From: Vairimorpha necatrix
Lineage: Eukaryota
NCBI GenBank assembly: GCA_036630325.1
Contig: CP142730.1
Location: forward strand, 620,001 to 684,000
Length of the DNA: 64,000 nt
Direction: 5' to 3'
Below the pieces are notes generated by a model that did no database searches, was not told where the DNA came from, and saw only the letters and a program-made list of their open reading frames with translations. This document shows positions 13,652 through 24,081 of the stretch, one piece after another (the first letter of the stretch is position 1; each line of letters starts with the position of its first letter). A program made the position numbers and the translations under genes.

Positions 13652-13886
13652 TACTAAAAGCCTCATAAAAGAAATACGTAAAAAACTAAGTGGGGTGTTG
13701 TATTTAATCAATTTAAGACAATTAGATGTATTTTATAGGCGCCTGAAATTTTTAAAATAATTAAAAAAAAAAGAGTAGATGTTCTCCCCAAATAAAGAAT
13801 TTAAAATGTTAATTAAATTTTTTTAATAAAATTTATGTATGACTTATTGTTGTAAATAAATTACATTTGTCAATATATTATTTTTT

Positions 13887-14912
13887 TCATTTAAGTAGTT
13901 GCCTTTTCTTATATATTTTACTACCCGTACTTATAAACATTTCCCCCTCAAAATACTCAATTCCACTCACCTCTTCACGAAATTTGAACTCGTTTATCAA
14001 CCTATACGGCTCCAATTGTACAACTTGTACAATATACTGTCCCGATATTATCAACACATTCTCATTTATAACTCGTATATGATCAATATACCTTATATCA
14101 ACATTATAACCCATTTCTTCATTCTCAACTCTTTTAATCAATTTATTAGTAGACGTACCTATAAAAATTTTATCTTGGTATATTTCTGCAGTTGTAATTT
14201 GGTAATCGTGTTTTATACATTTAGTATGATCATTAAAAATGTGTAGATCGCCATTTTGTACGAAAACTAAAAGAGATTGAGATGTTGACAATATTTTAAC
14301 TATTTTGGCTTTAGAAGTTAATAAAAGCTTAGTGGTGTCTGATAATTCGTATAATTCGCCATTTTCGAGACCATAAAAAATTTTATCATTTTTTTTATGT
14401 ATAGCAGTTATATTGCCTTGTACTAATTTTTCACAAGATTCGAAATCTATAAGTCCATGTTTTTTACTATAAGCAATTCCTTGTTCGATTATTCGTATAT
14501 CATATCCAACTTTGTTTTCATCAAATTGGGTTGTAAAATTTTTTATTTCGTTTTTTTCATAAATCTTCATATCGTCTTTATAAATCCCTAAAACTACACC
14601 ATTCCTTTTCTTACACACTCCCATACACGAAATATGTCCTTCTAAATCTATTTCTTCATCATATTTATTTTTTTCAATTTCGTATTCTACAAAAATTTTT
14701 GTCTCGTCGGTTATATTTTTATTTGTCATAAATGTCTCCAGATTTGTTTTTAATATTTCTTTATCAATATAGAATGTGTACAATTCGTTAGTATTGTTTA
14801 TTGTGTTTAAATATGTTTGTAAATCTTCTGTTTTAAAAGATTTGTCAATATGAAGAGTATGAGAATTGTCTAGATTATTTATTTCAGATAATTGGACTAG
14901 AACATTGACCAT
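13887..14912 (-). CDS. NLE/ubiquitin-like domain plus degenerate WD40 protein (Ytm1/WDR12- or Rsa4/NLE1-like ribosome biogenesis factor)
   Basis: N-terminal YTFYIDKEILKTNLETFM..ITDETKIFVEYE resembles the NLE domain, followed by beta-propeller-like repeats; CCC run upstream. Confidence 0.6.
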   Translation of the reverse strand: MVNVLVQLSEINNLDNSHTLHIDKSFKTEDLQTYLNTINNTNELYTFYIDKEILKTNLETFMTNKNITDETKIFVEYEIEKNKYDEEIDLEGHISCMGVCKKRNGVVLGIYKDDMKIYEKNEIKNFTTQFDENKVGYDIRIIEQGIAYSKKHGLIDFESCEKLVQGNITAIHKKNDKIFYGLENGELYELSDTTKLLLTSKAKIVKILSTSQSLLVFVQNGDLHIFNDHTKCIKHDYQITTAEIYQDKIFIGTSTNKLIKRVENEEMGYNVDIRYIDHIRVINENVLIISGQYIVQVVQLEPYRLINEFKFREEVSGIEYFEGEMFISTGSKIYKKRQLLK

Positions 14913-15079
14913 AAATTAAAGGGGGGAAATGTAGTATTAAAATTTAACATATAATTTTATAATTATTTGCATTTTTCTTCTTACAATATATGCATTAGCT
15001 AGTAATTTTATAAAATATTTAATATTATTAATATACTTATAAATATTAGACATTTTAATATTTTTTTATCGTCACCCCA

Positions 15080-15610
15080 ATGGGAAAATCGAAAAAATTA
15101 AAGAAGAAATATTTAAACATAAATTCCAATAGATCTGATAATTCCAAACAGCGTAAAGATAGATCTATAAATCTTCCTGTTTTTGATGAGAAATTCGCCT
15201 TTTCTCATTCCTTAAGGCCTCCTTACTCTGTTCTTCTTGATACTAATTATATAAATGACTGTATTCGTAAGAAGAAAGATATGAAGAATGAGTTATGGAC
15301 AGTCTTAGATGGAAATATAAAGATGCATGTCACAGATTGTGTCATCTCAGAATTAGAGAAGCTTGGGCGTCCTTACAGAGTCGCCCTAGCTTTAGTAAGG
15401 AATGATGATATTATAAGATTAAGATGTGATCACAAGGGGTCTTATGCTGATGACTGTATAGTTAACAGGGTCAGTGAGCACAGATGCTATGTAGTGGCCA
15501 CTAGTGATGTGGGCTTAAAGCAAAGGATAAAGAATATTCAAGGAGTGCCTATTGTATCATTTAGAGGACAAAGGTCTACAGTCGAGAGATTTATACCAGC
15601 CACATATTAA
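15080..15610 (+). CDS. FCF1: rRNA-processing PIN-domain nuclease Fcf1/Utp24
   Basis: LRPPYSVLLDTNYIN, VTDCVISELEKLG, RLRCDHKGSYADDCIV, YVVATSD..LKQRI. Confidence 0.95.
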   Translation: MGKSKKLKKKYLNINSNRSDNSKQRKDRSINLPVFDEKFAFSHSLRPPYSVLLDTNYINDCIRKKKDMKNELWTVLDGNIKMHVTDCVISELEKLGRPYRVALALVRNDDIIRLRCDHKGSYADDCIVNRVSEHRCYVVATSDVGLKQRIKNIQGVPIVSFRGQRSTVERFIPATY

Positions 15611-15864
15611 ATAATAACTAATTTCATTATGATTTTACATTCTTAAAATCTAGTATTTTACATTTCTAAAATACAGTATTTTAGAAAGATAAAATTATAT
15701 TTCACGCTATATGGTTTTAGTTCTTAATTTTGTTTACTCTTCTTTATTATTGTTTCATATTATTTTCTTTTGATTTTTATTTGTCTTTAGATTTGTGTAT
15801 ATTTTATTATACATTACCATATTCTTCATATTCTATTAAGATCTCCCATTATATTTAAAACTCT

Positions 15865-16617
15865 TTGGTTTTTCTTTTTTTTATTGATTTGATCTGTTAC
15901 AATGTTTCATCTTTTTATATATATTTTTTCTTGAATATCTTTTTCTTTATGTTCAGTTTATATCTCTCAATGATATTTTCTTTCAGAGACCTTGACAAGA
16001 CAGAAGCCAGTTTATTATTTGACAAAGAGGCACAATTAACAATCCCTACTAAATTTAAGGAGAATCCTTATGCAGATCCCTTAGATTCGACTGGTGAGGC
16101 TGATGCCCTAGTAGGGGAGATTTATTCCGAGTTAAGGAAAATATTAAGTCACTACTACGAGTTCTTTAAACAGAATTCTGAGGAGTTTAAAGCTTGGTAT
16201 AATTCTGGAGATTTTGAGATGAATGATGACACTAAGATTAAGATCCTGAATATTCTCCTGGTACATGTCAAGTCCATAAAAGATCTCGAACCTTTCTGGC
16301 TATTCACAGAGGGGCCTTTTCTTAAGGGGAGACTGGCTTCTATTTCTAGTGGTATAAGGAAGTTACAGGCAATTATAAATTCCCAGAGTCCTACTTATAA
16401 TAAGATTGAGGATACAGCTCTATTCAGTACTATCCCCCCTGAGAAGAGAAATATCTGGCTAATGAATAAGGCTATTTATATAGTCGAGAACTTCAGAGCG
16501 GGACTGAATAATTATGAAGGAAATGATCACACTCACGTACTTAAGAATTTCCTGACTGGGGTAGTGGAGAAGAAGAAGCTTGATAAAATCCTTGGGACAC
16601 TAATACTAAGTCTATAA
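15865..16617 (+). CDS. Hypothetical protein; true start probably an ATG at about 15949-15970
   Basis: Long ORF with coding-like composition after about 15970; no recognised motif. Confidence 0.6.
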   Translation: MVFLFFIDLICYNVSSFYIYFFLNIFFFMFSLYLSMIFSFRDLDKTEASLLFDKEAQLTIPTKFKENPYADPLDSTGEADALVGEIYSELRKILSHYYEFFKQNSEEFKAWYNSGDFEMNDDTKIKILNILLVHVKSIKDLEPFWLFTEGPFLKGRLASISSGIRKLQAIINSQSPTYNKIEDTALFSTIPPEKRNIWLMNKAIYIVENFRAGLNNYEGNDHTHVLKNFLTGVVEKKKLDKILGTLILSL

Positions 16618-16773
16618 AATAAATAATAACTTAATAAAGTATTCCACAATATATGTATTCTATTTATGTAGTATCATATCTATAATCCCTTATACTATTT
16701 TATATATATTCTTTATACCTTTACTCTATATAATTGGAATATCATATCTTATTCTTAATTCTGTTCTATATAA

Positions 16774-18360
16774 TTATTTGTGGATTAAAAGTGCTTCAAG
16801 TGTGTTAAAAAACCACCAATCATAATTCCCATTCCTTAACTTATTATACAATCTATTAATTATCAAATAAAACTTACTCTCAAATTCCTCAATATTGAGA
16901 CACTCTTCTTTCTTGTCTAGTCCTATAAAATTAAAAGATAAATCTATAATCTCTGATAATATCAAATATATATCATCAGATACTAAAAAGAGACTACTAA
17001 TATAATGCATAATAGTACTATTAAGATCATCAACAAGTCTGTCTACATTAGTAAAGACAATATTGTCTATATTGGAAAATATAGAAAACTTGAAATTCTG
17101 GATAAAGCAGAGCATTAATCTGCTAAATCTAAACTTGAGATCTTTCTGTAGAAAAAATTGAATAACAGAAAAAGCGAAGAGAAATCTGAAGATCAAGTCC
17201 AACTCTAAGAACTGCTTCTTAGTCAGAAGAAACCTCAAGATCTTCGGAGTAAACTCAATGGTAAGGAACTCTAAAATAGATTGGTTGTTCTTCATGTGAA
17301 GGGGCTTATTTATAATCTTATAGATTGTATTATTTAGATCTAAATCTGTAATTTTGAAATTTATCATGTCTATTTTCTTAAATAAATTTATCTTACGGAG
17401 AAACTTCTTATTCTCCTTAGAATAAATTATTATATCAAAGGACTTGTCATTATACAAGTCTGTAAATAAGTCACTGAAGAAGGACATGTCTCTCATGAGG
17501 ATAAATCTCTCAAGAATAGACAATTCATAATTTATATTATGAGATAACAAATTGTAAATGAGATCATTAAGGTATAATAATGTACCAGATATCCCTCTAG
17601 TCTTAATAATTTCCAAATTGATTAGTGACTCATAATTAATATCTAGTTCGTTCAGTAAACTCGTCAATTTCCCGCATTTCAGAATAGTCATGTTATAATG
17701 ATCTTTAGAGGAAAATTCAGAAGGCATATAACTTTCTTTAGACTCCCCTGTGTTATTCGATATTTTATTCTTAATGTTATATTTTGATTTCCAATATCCT
17801 TCGTCTAAATTCTCAGGATCATAATTCCTCGTCTCTATAAAAAATGAAGAAGGGGTTTCACCTCGCATGATCCAATTGATAATTTCTACATCATTTTGAT
17901 CTTCTAATTCTTTCTTAAGTTTCTCGTAAAATGGTCCATCTAAGATGCTTTTTATATTATTAAATATTTCTGAGTCATTATTCTTCCTACATGTGTCAAT
18001 TATATTTCTGAATTCTCTAAAATGCTCTATATCTTCTTGTATGCTCACATAAAGTGTCTCTATGTCTTTTGTATTTCTCAGTTTATTAATCTTCTGTAAA
18101 TATCTCATTTTATATTCCAGTAGGAAATTACTAATAATCTTCTTAATAGAATTTTCTGATGAAATATTCTTAAAGATAAATTTATGGACTATTCTGACAT
18201 TAATACAGATTTCCTCAAAAGGAAGTAGTAAATCCACAGAGAAACCTCCTTCATGTAGCAGAGAATATTTCTTATTCTTCATTCCTATGGACATCAGTGA
18301 TGTGTCTATGCCGCATAGGAGAAATATCAGATTATCGATCAAGGGATTTGAATCATTCAT
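16774..18360 (-). CDS. Gamma-tubulin complex component (Spc97/Spc98 family)
   Basis: LIDNLIFLLCGID, IINWIMRGE..SFFI, YWKSKY, MPSEF, ILKCGK, IFRFLF; CCC before ATG. Confidence 0.85.
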   Translation of the reverse strand: MNDSNPLIDNLIFLLCGIDTSLMSIGMKNKKYSLLHEGGFSVDLLLPFEEICINVRIVHKFIFKNISSENSIKKIISNFLLEYKMRYLQKINKLRNTKDIETLYVSIQEDIEHFREFRNIIDTCRKNNDSEIFNNIKSILDGPFYEKLKKELEDQNDVEIINWIMRGETPSSFFIETRNYDPENLDEGYWKSKYNIKNKISNNTGESKESYMPSEFSSKDHYNMTILKCGKLTSLLNELDINYESLINLEIIKTRGISGTLLYLNDLIYNLLSHNINYELSILERFILMRDMSFFSDLFTDLYNDKSFDIIIYSKENKKFLRKINLFKKIDMINFKITDLDLNNTIYKIINKPLHMKNNQSILEFLTIEFTPKILRFLLTKKQFLELDLIFRFLFAFSVIQFFLQKDLKFRFSRLMLCFIQNFKFSIFSNIDNIVFTNVDRLVDDLNSTIMHYISSLFLVSDDIYLILSEIIDLSFNFIGLDKKEECLNIEEFESKFYLIINRLYNKLRNGNYDWWFFNTLEALLIHK

Positions 18361-18615
18361 TTAAGGGTATCGAAATAAAACAGGGAAAAGAGACCACATT
18401 TAGGATCCTCAATAAATATCTAATTGTAATATGCTGAATAAAGTCAATTATATGTGATCTAATCATGTGACATGTTATATAATTATCTTAACTTTCTTGT
18501 TTCCACATTAAAAATATCTATGTGGTGTATTATTAAACATATCTATATGGTGTATTATTCCAAATAATTTTATGTCATTTCAATGTCTTATTATATTTTC
18601 AAATAATCCCCAAAT

Positions 18616-19287
18616 ATGTTCCTGGAATCTTCTGAGAAATTATTAAACATCTTAAAAACAGAGAAGAACTTTAAAATCCAGGTAATAAGCAGAGAAGATA
18701 TCAAAATATTCTTGGAAATCTTAGACTACAATGATATTGTCTACTCTTTCGTCTGTTGGAATTCCTTAGATGATAATCCAGATACAATACAAGTCTGTAC
18801 ATCTTCTAAGTACTTGTCCCCTGAAAACCATAAGTCTATTTTATATTCTAACTTAGTAAACACGGACTTCATTCAATTGTCCTTTGTGCCAACTTACAAT
18901 GATAAACTAAAATATCTTACAAAGCCAAGAAATAAGAAAGAAGTCAAGAGAATACTAGACGCCTATAAATATTCATCCATACACGAATTACAGAGTAAAA
19001 TACAAAGACCCCACTCTGTAATTGAGAAATATATTTCGGAATATTTTGACTATCTAGAAATTCTTCTAATTTATACAATATCTAAGTATTCTAATCTGAT
19101 TGATATAATTAAACATGTGAAGAGTATGGAAGACACAGTAAAGAGCTCATTTGTCTTGAGGATGAAATTAAATGGACTGGTATCGAGGAAAATAGTTTCT
19201 GTTAAGTCGAATAATTATAGATTAAATATCAGTCACCATACTCTGTCATTAATATGCAAGAAAGTAGAAATAAATATTAATGCATAA
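18616..19287 (+). CDS. Reduced origin recognition complex subunit 5-like protein
   Basis: The C-terminus LNGLVSRKIV..NYRLNISHHTLSLICKKVEINI resembles the ORC5 winged-helix end; IQLSFVPTY resembles the I.F.PY motif; CCCC before ATG. Confidence 0.55.
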   Translation: MFLESSEKLLNILKTEKNFKIQVISREDIKIFLEILDYNDIVYSFVCWNSLDDNPDTIQVCTSSKYLSPENHKSILYSNLVNTDFIQLSFVPTYNDKLKYLTKPRNKKEVKRILDAYKYSSIHELQSKIQRPHSVIEKYISEYFDYLEILLIYTISKYSNLIDIIKHVKSMEDTVKSSFVLRMKLNGLVSRKIVSVKSNNYRLNISHHTLSLICKKVEININA

Positions 19288-19355
19288 AAACATAAGCAGC
19301 GCTTTTAAACGTGCACTTAAAAAGATTGACTACATTATTGAACAATGTCTTATTA

Positions 19356-19440
19356 ATGCACTATGTTAAGTATAGAAAAGGCATAATATTCTTCATGCAC
19401 TAATGTAAGTATAGAAGAGGCATAATATTCTTCATGCACT
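19356..19440. repeat. 39-bp direct repeat, 2 copies (ATGCACTA..TAAGTATAGAA.AGGCATAATATTCTTC)
   Basis: Directly visible. Confidence 0.8.
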
Positions 19441-19665
19441 TGATTTATAATTTATAACGATGCCTTAAAAATGCATAATACCATATTAGATAAAACCACA
19501 TGCCATGTGTCTATAGTTACTATACTCCTTTTCTCTTAACATATAAATTAAATCTACTCATATAAAATGATGACTCTCTTTTAATTCATATAAATTCATG
19601 CAAATTTTTTTATTTTATATTTTTAAAAAGTACTTTGTTTGTTAACAAACAAACTCCTTTAATTT

Positions 19666-20280
19666 TCAATACACAGGCTCAAAATGATTAGGAGTATGCA
19701 AGATCTCTATAAATTCTTCATTCTCCCCATAAATTCTATATTTATTACTTTCCTCTGTAGTATCATACATTTTCACATTTATTGGCATTATATTTACTAA
19801 TGCTCCTATTTCTATATACCCTGCCTCCATAAAAAGAGGCTCAATACAATTTTTACAATATTTCTCTACACTCATGTCTACAATATAAGGCTGATATTCT
19901 TCAGAATTAAGTCTCATATGAGTTGATATAGCCAATCTGAATATGTATAATATTTCGTACCATGTATAAAGATCTATATCTTCTATTTTAGTATTATTAT
20001 TTATTAAGTCACTGAATGTTTCTAAGTTGTCAATATAAACAAATTCTTCTATGTTTAGTTTAGTACAATAAGATTTTAAAGAAGTAGTAAATGTTTCCCA
20101 TTTGTAAATTTGATCTTTTTTAGATCTAAAAAATTCGAGGATTTTTATAGAAATGCTTAAATACATGCAGTTTCCATCTCTTGGGATTTCTCTGTAAGAA
20201 GATAGAGATTTGAGTTTATCAGAATAAAATTCATGATTTGTAATTTGTAATTTTCCTGAGACGGCCGAAGATTTCTCCAT
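19666..20280 (-). CDS. Otubain-type deubiquitinase (peptidase C65)
   Basis: REIPRDGNCMY (catalytic Cys box), VEKYCKNCIEPLFMEAGYIEIGAL, ILHTPNHFEPVY (His box). Confidence 0.9.
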   Translation of the reverse strand: MEKSSAVSGKLQITNHEFYSDKLKSLSSYREIPRDGNCMYLSISIKILEFFRSKKDQIYKWETFTTSLKSYCTKLNIEEFVYIDNLETFSDLINNNTKIEDIDLYTWYEILYIFRLAISTHMRLNSEEYQPYIVDMSVEKYCKNCIEPLFMEAGYIEIGALVNIMPINVKMYDTTEESNKYRIYGENEEFIEILHTPNHFEPVY

Positions 20281-20455
20281 TTTGGGTTACAAAAATAAGA
20301 AAGAATTTATATTTCAATATGATTTATATTTATTTATGCATACACACTAAATTATTTATGCAAGTATTTTATTTATGCTAAAAATGCATAAACTTAATTT
20401 TAAATATGAATAACTTATATTTAAGTTATGTTTAAATTATGTTTAAATATTTAAG

Positions 20456-21160
20456 TTAATTTTTATATATTTCTTCTTCTATGTGGTCGAAATCTGTATT
20501 TAAGACATCTTCTAATATTACCATTCTATGATATCCATGAATCTGTTTATCTTCAAGTTCCCCTTTAAAAACCATAGGCCCAAAAATGTGCAGTAAATCA
20601 TTCCTTGAAGTTTTATTAATTTCTTTATTTTCTTCAATTTTATTAAAAAGTTCTTGTAATAATTTTAAGAATATTCTATTTCTTTTATTAATTATAAAAG
20701 GTATTCTTTTTACAATTTCTTTTTGTTTATTTGGATTATAACGAACATAAGAATTTAATAATTCTTTATTAATTTTCTCTGGTAACATTAATTTCTGATT
20801 ATTATTTACAATTCTAATAAATATTTGGCCTACTAAATAAATATTAAGATTTTCTAAATTTATTTCTTCTTTTTTTATTAAGTCGCAGTTTTTTTGAATT
20901 TCTTGTTCCTCGAAATTTCCATAAAATATTTTGTAAGTCTTGCTTTTTTCTATGAGTTTGTTCATCATTTTGATGACTGCGTCAGTGCAAAAGGACTCAT
21001 CTTTATTTATGCAGAAAATGTATTCTAGACAGATTAGTGGGCAGAATATTTCATAATTGTTTCCTGTGATGTCGTCTATACATTTCTGTTTTAGATCTTG
21101 TTTTTCTGTTTCTGAGAGTGTGTCGTAGACTGCGTGATTTTGATCAGTTTGGTTTTCCAT
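20456..21160 (-). CDS. RhoGAP-fold protein, arginine finger apparently lost
   Basis: NIYLVGQIF, LMLPE, NKTSRNDLLHIFGPMVF correspond to RhoGAP motifs; KIFY stands where GIFR is expected. Confidence 0.75.
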   Translation of the reverse strand: MENQTDQNHAVYDTLSETEKQDLKQKCIDDITGNNYEIFCPLICLEYIFCINKDESFCTDAVIKMMNKLIEKSKTYKIFYGNFEEQEIQKNCDLIKKEEINLENLNIYLVGQIFIRIVNNNQKLMLPEKINKELLNSYVRYNPNKQKEIVKRIPFIINKRNRIFLKLLQELFNKIEENKEINKTSRNDLLHIFGPMVFKGELEDKQIHGYHRMVILEDVLNTDFDHIEEEIYKN

Positions 21161-21439
21161 ATTTGAAACATTTTAATGATTTTAAATATTGATGTTACAA
21201 GTTGAAAATATAAAACAAGAAAAAAGCCAACGAACTAAAGGAAGAATTTATGTATAAGTACATTATTTACTATGTATAATTTATTTATTGCATAAGAATT
21301 ATATTAATTATGTATAAGTAATTTAACTATGTATGATTTATTATAATAGTTGAACTATAGAAAGATAAAATTTCTTGCATAAAAAAAGAAATCAAAATTA
21401 TTTTTTTCTATAAATAATTTTTTTTCTTGGAGGGGTCAA

Positions 21440-22090
21440 ATGGCCGGAGAAGAGCAAAACCAATTGTTGTTTGTTGAAAGAACAAAAATTGACAGACTGT
21501 TGGAAGAAATAAAAGAAGAAAACAAAGACTTCACTGACACTATCCAAGTACAAGTAAGTCTAAAAGGCTTAGACGCCAGAAGGGACAACAAGATCACTAA
21601 AGACATTACCATGCCTTACAAGTCAAGATACTTAGGAAAGACTATCGTCTTAGCCGACAAGGACACTGCTCTCGTATGCGAAGAGAAACAAATCCCTTAT
21701 GTCTTAATTGACGACCTCATGCAGGACAAAATGATAGCAGAAAAAAAGAGAATCTTTAAGACAAACAAGTACTTCATCTTGTGCAAAGGGTCTAATAAAA
21801 TATTCCAGACTAAAATATTCTTAAGAGCTGGTAAGATTCCTTACATGCTTAAAGATGATGATAAAGTGGATGTCATCTACAATAATGCATTGAAGATGTA
21901 CAGAATGAGAGTAAAAGACATGAGTGTCACATCCTTCCCAGTAGGGCATACTAAAATGGACAACTTGGAAATATTCGAGAATATTAAACATGGCATGACG
22001 ATCATGACAGCAGCACTTAAAAAAGGAGAAGAGAATATTAAGAATGTTTATTTGAAGGGAGCACAAAAGGCACCAAAGAAACTTTATTAA
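21440..22090 (+). CDS. RPL10A: 60S ribosomal protein uL1 (L10a/L1)
   Basis: FTDTIQVQVSLKGLDARRDNK, RAGKIP, VGHTKM..IFENI..ALKKGEENIKNVYLK..PKKLY; GGGG before ATG. Confidence 0.9.
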   Translation: MAGEEQNQLLFVERTKIDRLLEEIKEENKDFTDTIQVQVSLKGLDARRDNKITKDITMPYKSRYLGKTIVLADKDTALVCEEKQIPYVLIDDLMQDKMIAEKKRIFKTNKYFILCKGSNKIFQTKIFLRAGKIPYMLKDDDKVDVIYNNALKMYRMRVKDMSVTSFPVGHTKMDNLEIFENIKHGMTIMTAALKKGEENIKNVYLKGAQKAPKKLY

Positions 22091-22339
22091 TAAATTATTT
22101 CTTTAAGATGCCATTGAACCTTTTTATAAATTATAAGAAACATTTTATATTTACATTTACATTTATAAAAGAATTAGTCTTTATGGGACGAAATTGTACC
22201 TAAAAAATAGACTCTGAACTGAAGCATATATACAGACAAGAAAACATTACTAAATATAAAACATAGTCTTGATAGCGACTAAATAGTGTGCATATTGTGA
22301 AATGTGTTATCATTATATTTATAATTATAATATTTCATT

Positions 22340-22550
22340 GGGGATCTTTTTAGTATTCTTTTTAAGCTGCTTGCCGGACTAGATGAAAAAGACTAGAGCA
22401 CAGGCCCTTAAAGGAAGGACGCCTTGAACTAGTCATATTTTCTTGTGGTTATATAATAAGCGATACTAAAAAACAGTTAGGGTTTATTAGATATTTAAAT
22501 ATCTACAATTAAATCTGGGGTGCGCTTACTCCAGGCCAGCCCTTGGATAT
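22340..22550 (+). ncRNA. Candidate structured ncRNA of unassigned family
   Basis: GC-richer ORF-less island starting GGGG, with a long hairpin and a three-way junction; G-U pairs favour the + strand (see findings). Confidence 0.45.
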
Positions 22551-22622
22551 AAAAATACACATTTTTATTTTAGTCTGTTTTTTGAAAGTCTGTGTGTAAA
22601 AATAAAATCATAATAATTAACA

Positions 22623-22789
22623 ATGTACACTAATAAATATTTTTATATTACTTTCTTGTTTATTGTGCATACCACAGACTTTGGAATCTATCGATTTTTC
22701 GTGTGGTCCAGGCGGGATGCAATAGCTGTAAATGCTTGGAATGTAAAGGCAACTGCCGAATAAAAGGTGTATGTAGACGAAAATGCTAG
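22623..22789 (+). pseudogene. Possible frameshifted small secreted cysteine-rich peptide
   Basis: With two single-base shifts it reads MY/LINIFILLSCLLCIPQTLESIDFSCGPG/GCNSCKCLECKGNCRIKGVCRRKC*. Confidence 0.3.
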
Positions 22790-23495
22790 TAAAAAACGAC
22801 CACTCTAGACATAAAAAATGATGATCTACAATGTCTCTTAAGAGTAAAATTCTACATGCATCGCAGGGATATTTATTGCTTATACATATAAAATTAAGAT
22901 AAATTGGCATTTTGGTTGTTTAAATAGATTGTGTTTTTCAACTATTAGTTTCTTCCACTTATTGAAAAATAATTCGCTTGAGCGTGTATTTAAATGTATG
23001 ATAAAGATGTGTTGATTAATTTGAACATAATAAATCTTTTATATATAAATTACAATATTCTAATTGAACTAATTCAAGAAATAAGTAATTATATAATAGA
23101 CGAAAATGTACTTAATTTATGTGCTTGTGGCCAATGAATTCTTATAAAAACGTAGTCGTATGCTCTTTCTTTAAGTGTGACGGAAACCCAAATAAATGTT
23201 CTTAAAAAAAATTAATTTAATATTGTATAAAACAAGTAAGAAATCCTGAAATGCGTAAAAACATGATAAAAAAAGTAACGAACAATTTTAGATCAGTTTG
23301 AACAAAAATAATATAAATAGCTAAAAAAACATATTAAACGTTCATAGTGTGAACAACAACATTAAAAAGCTTGAATTGTATGTGAATTACAATAAATATC
23401 TTTTTTTAGCGCAGAGTACTTATTTTTTTATTTTTTTATTTTTTTTCTCCACGTCATTTGCGCCTCGACTTCCAAGAAACAAAACTAAAAATACA

Positions 23496-23722
23496 ATATT
23501 TAGTATTTGTATCTAGAGAAGAAATTGAAGGTGAGTCTTAACATGGCATCCGGTTAAAAATATTCAAAACTATAAATAAAATATTTAATATTATATCTGG
23601 TGAATAAAAAGAAGCCAAGTATAAACATGGCATTCAGTTGAAAATATTCAAAAATAAAATATTTAGTTTTTAGAGAGAATAAATTGAAGGTAAGTCTAAA
23701 CATGTCATCTAGTTAGAAATGT
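23496..23722. repeat. Diverged tandem repeat of about 80 bp, 3 copies (..AATATTTAG..GAAGGTRAGTC..AACATGGCAT..GTT.AAAATATTC..)
   Basis: AACATG(G/T)CAT recurs at about 23540, 23624 and 23699. Confidence 0.7.
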
Positions 23723-24081
23723 TTGATTTTTTTTTCAAAAAAATCAGAACTAAATTTATATTAAAATGACAGATCAAAATTACAATCACTGAGAACAGTA
23801 TCTTAATAAATTGTGATTCATCACCATATGCCACTACTTAATTTCAATCAAAAATTAAATTCTATATTTTTCAAAGAAGTTCTCATTTCTTTATTGAATT
23901 TTTATTCGCAAATTTTTAAAAAATTTCATATATCAAAATTGATGACAAAAAAATGGAAAAAAATCGTAAGAAAAAAGTTCTTAGCTCTTTTTAACACATA
24001 TACATATTCTCTGACTTTTTAATAAATCATTTCAATATGCTATGAAAATATAAATATTATTTTTTTCTTACCCCTTATATA

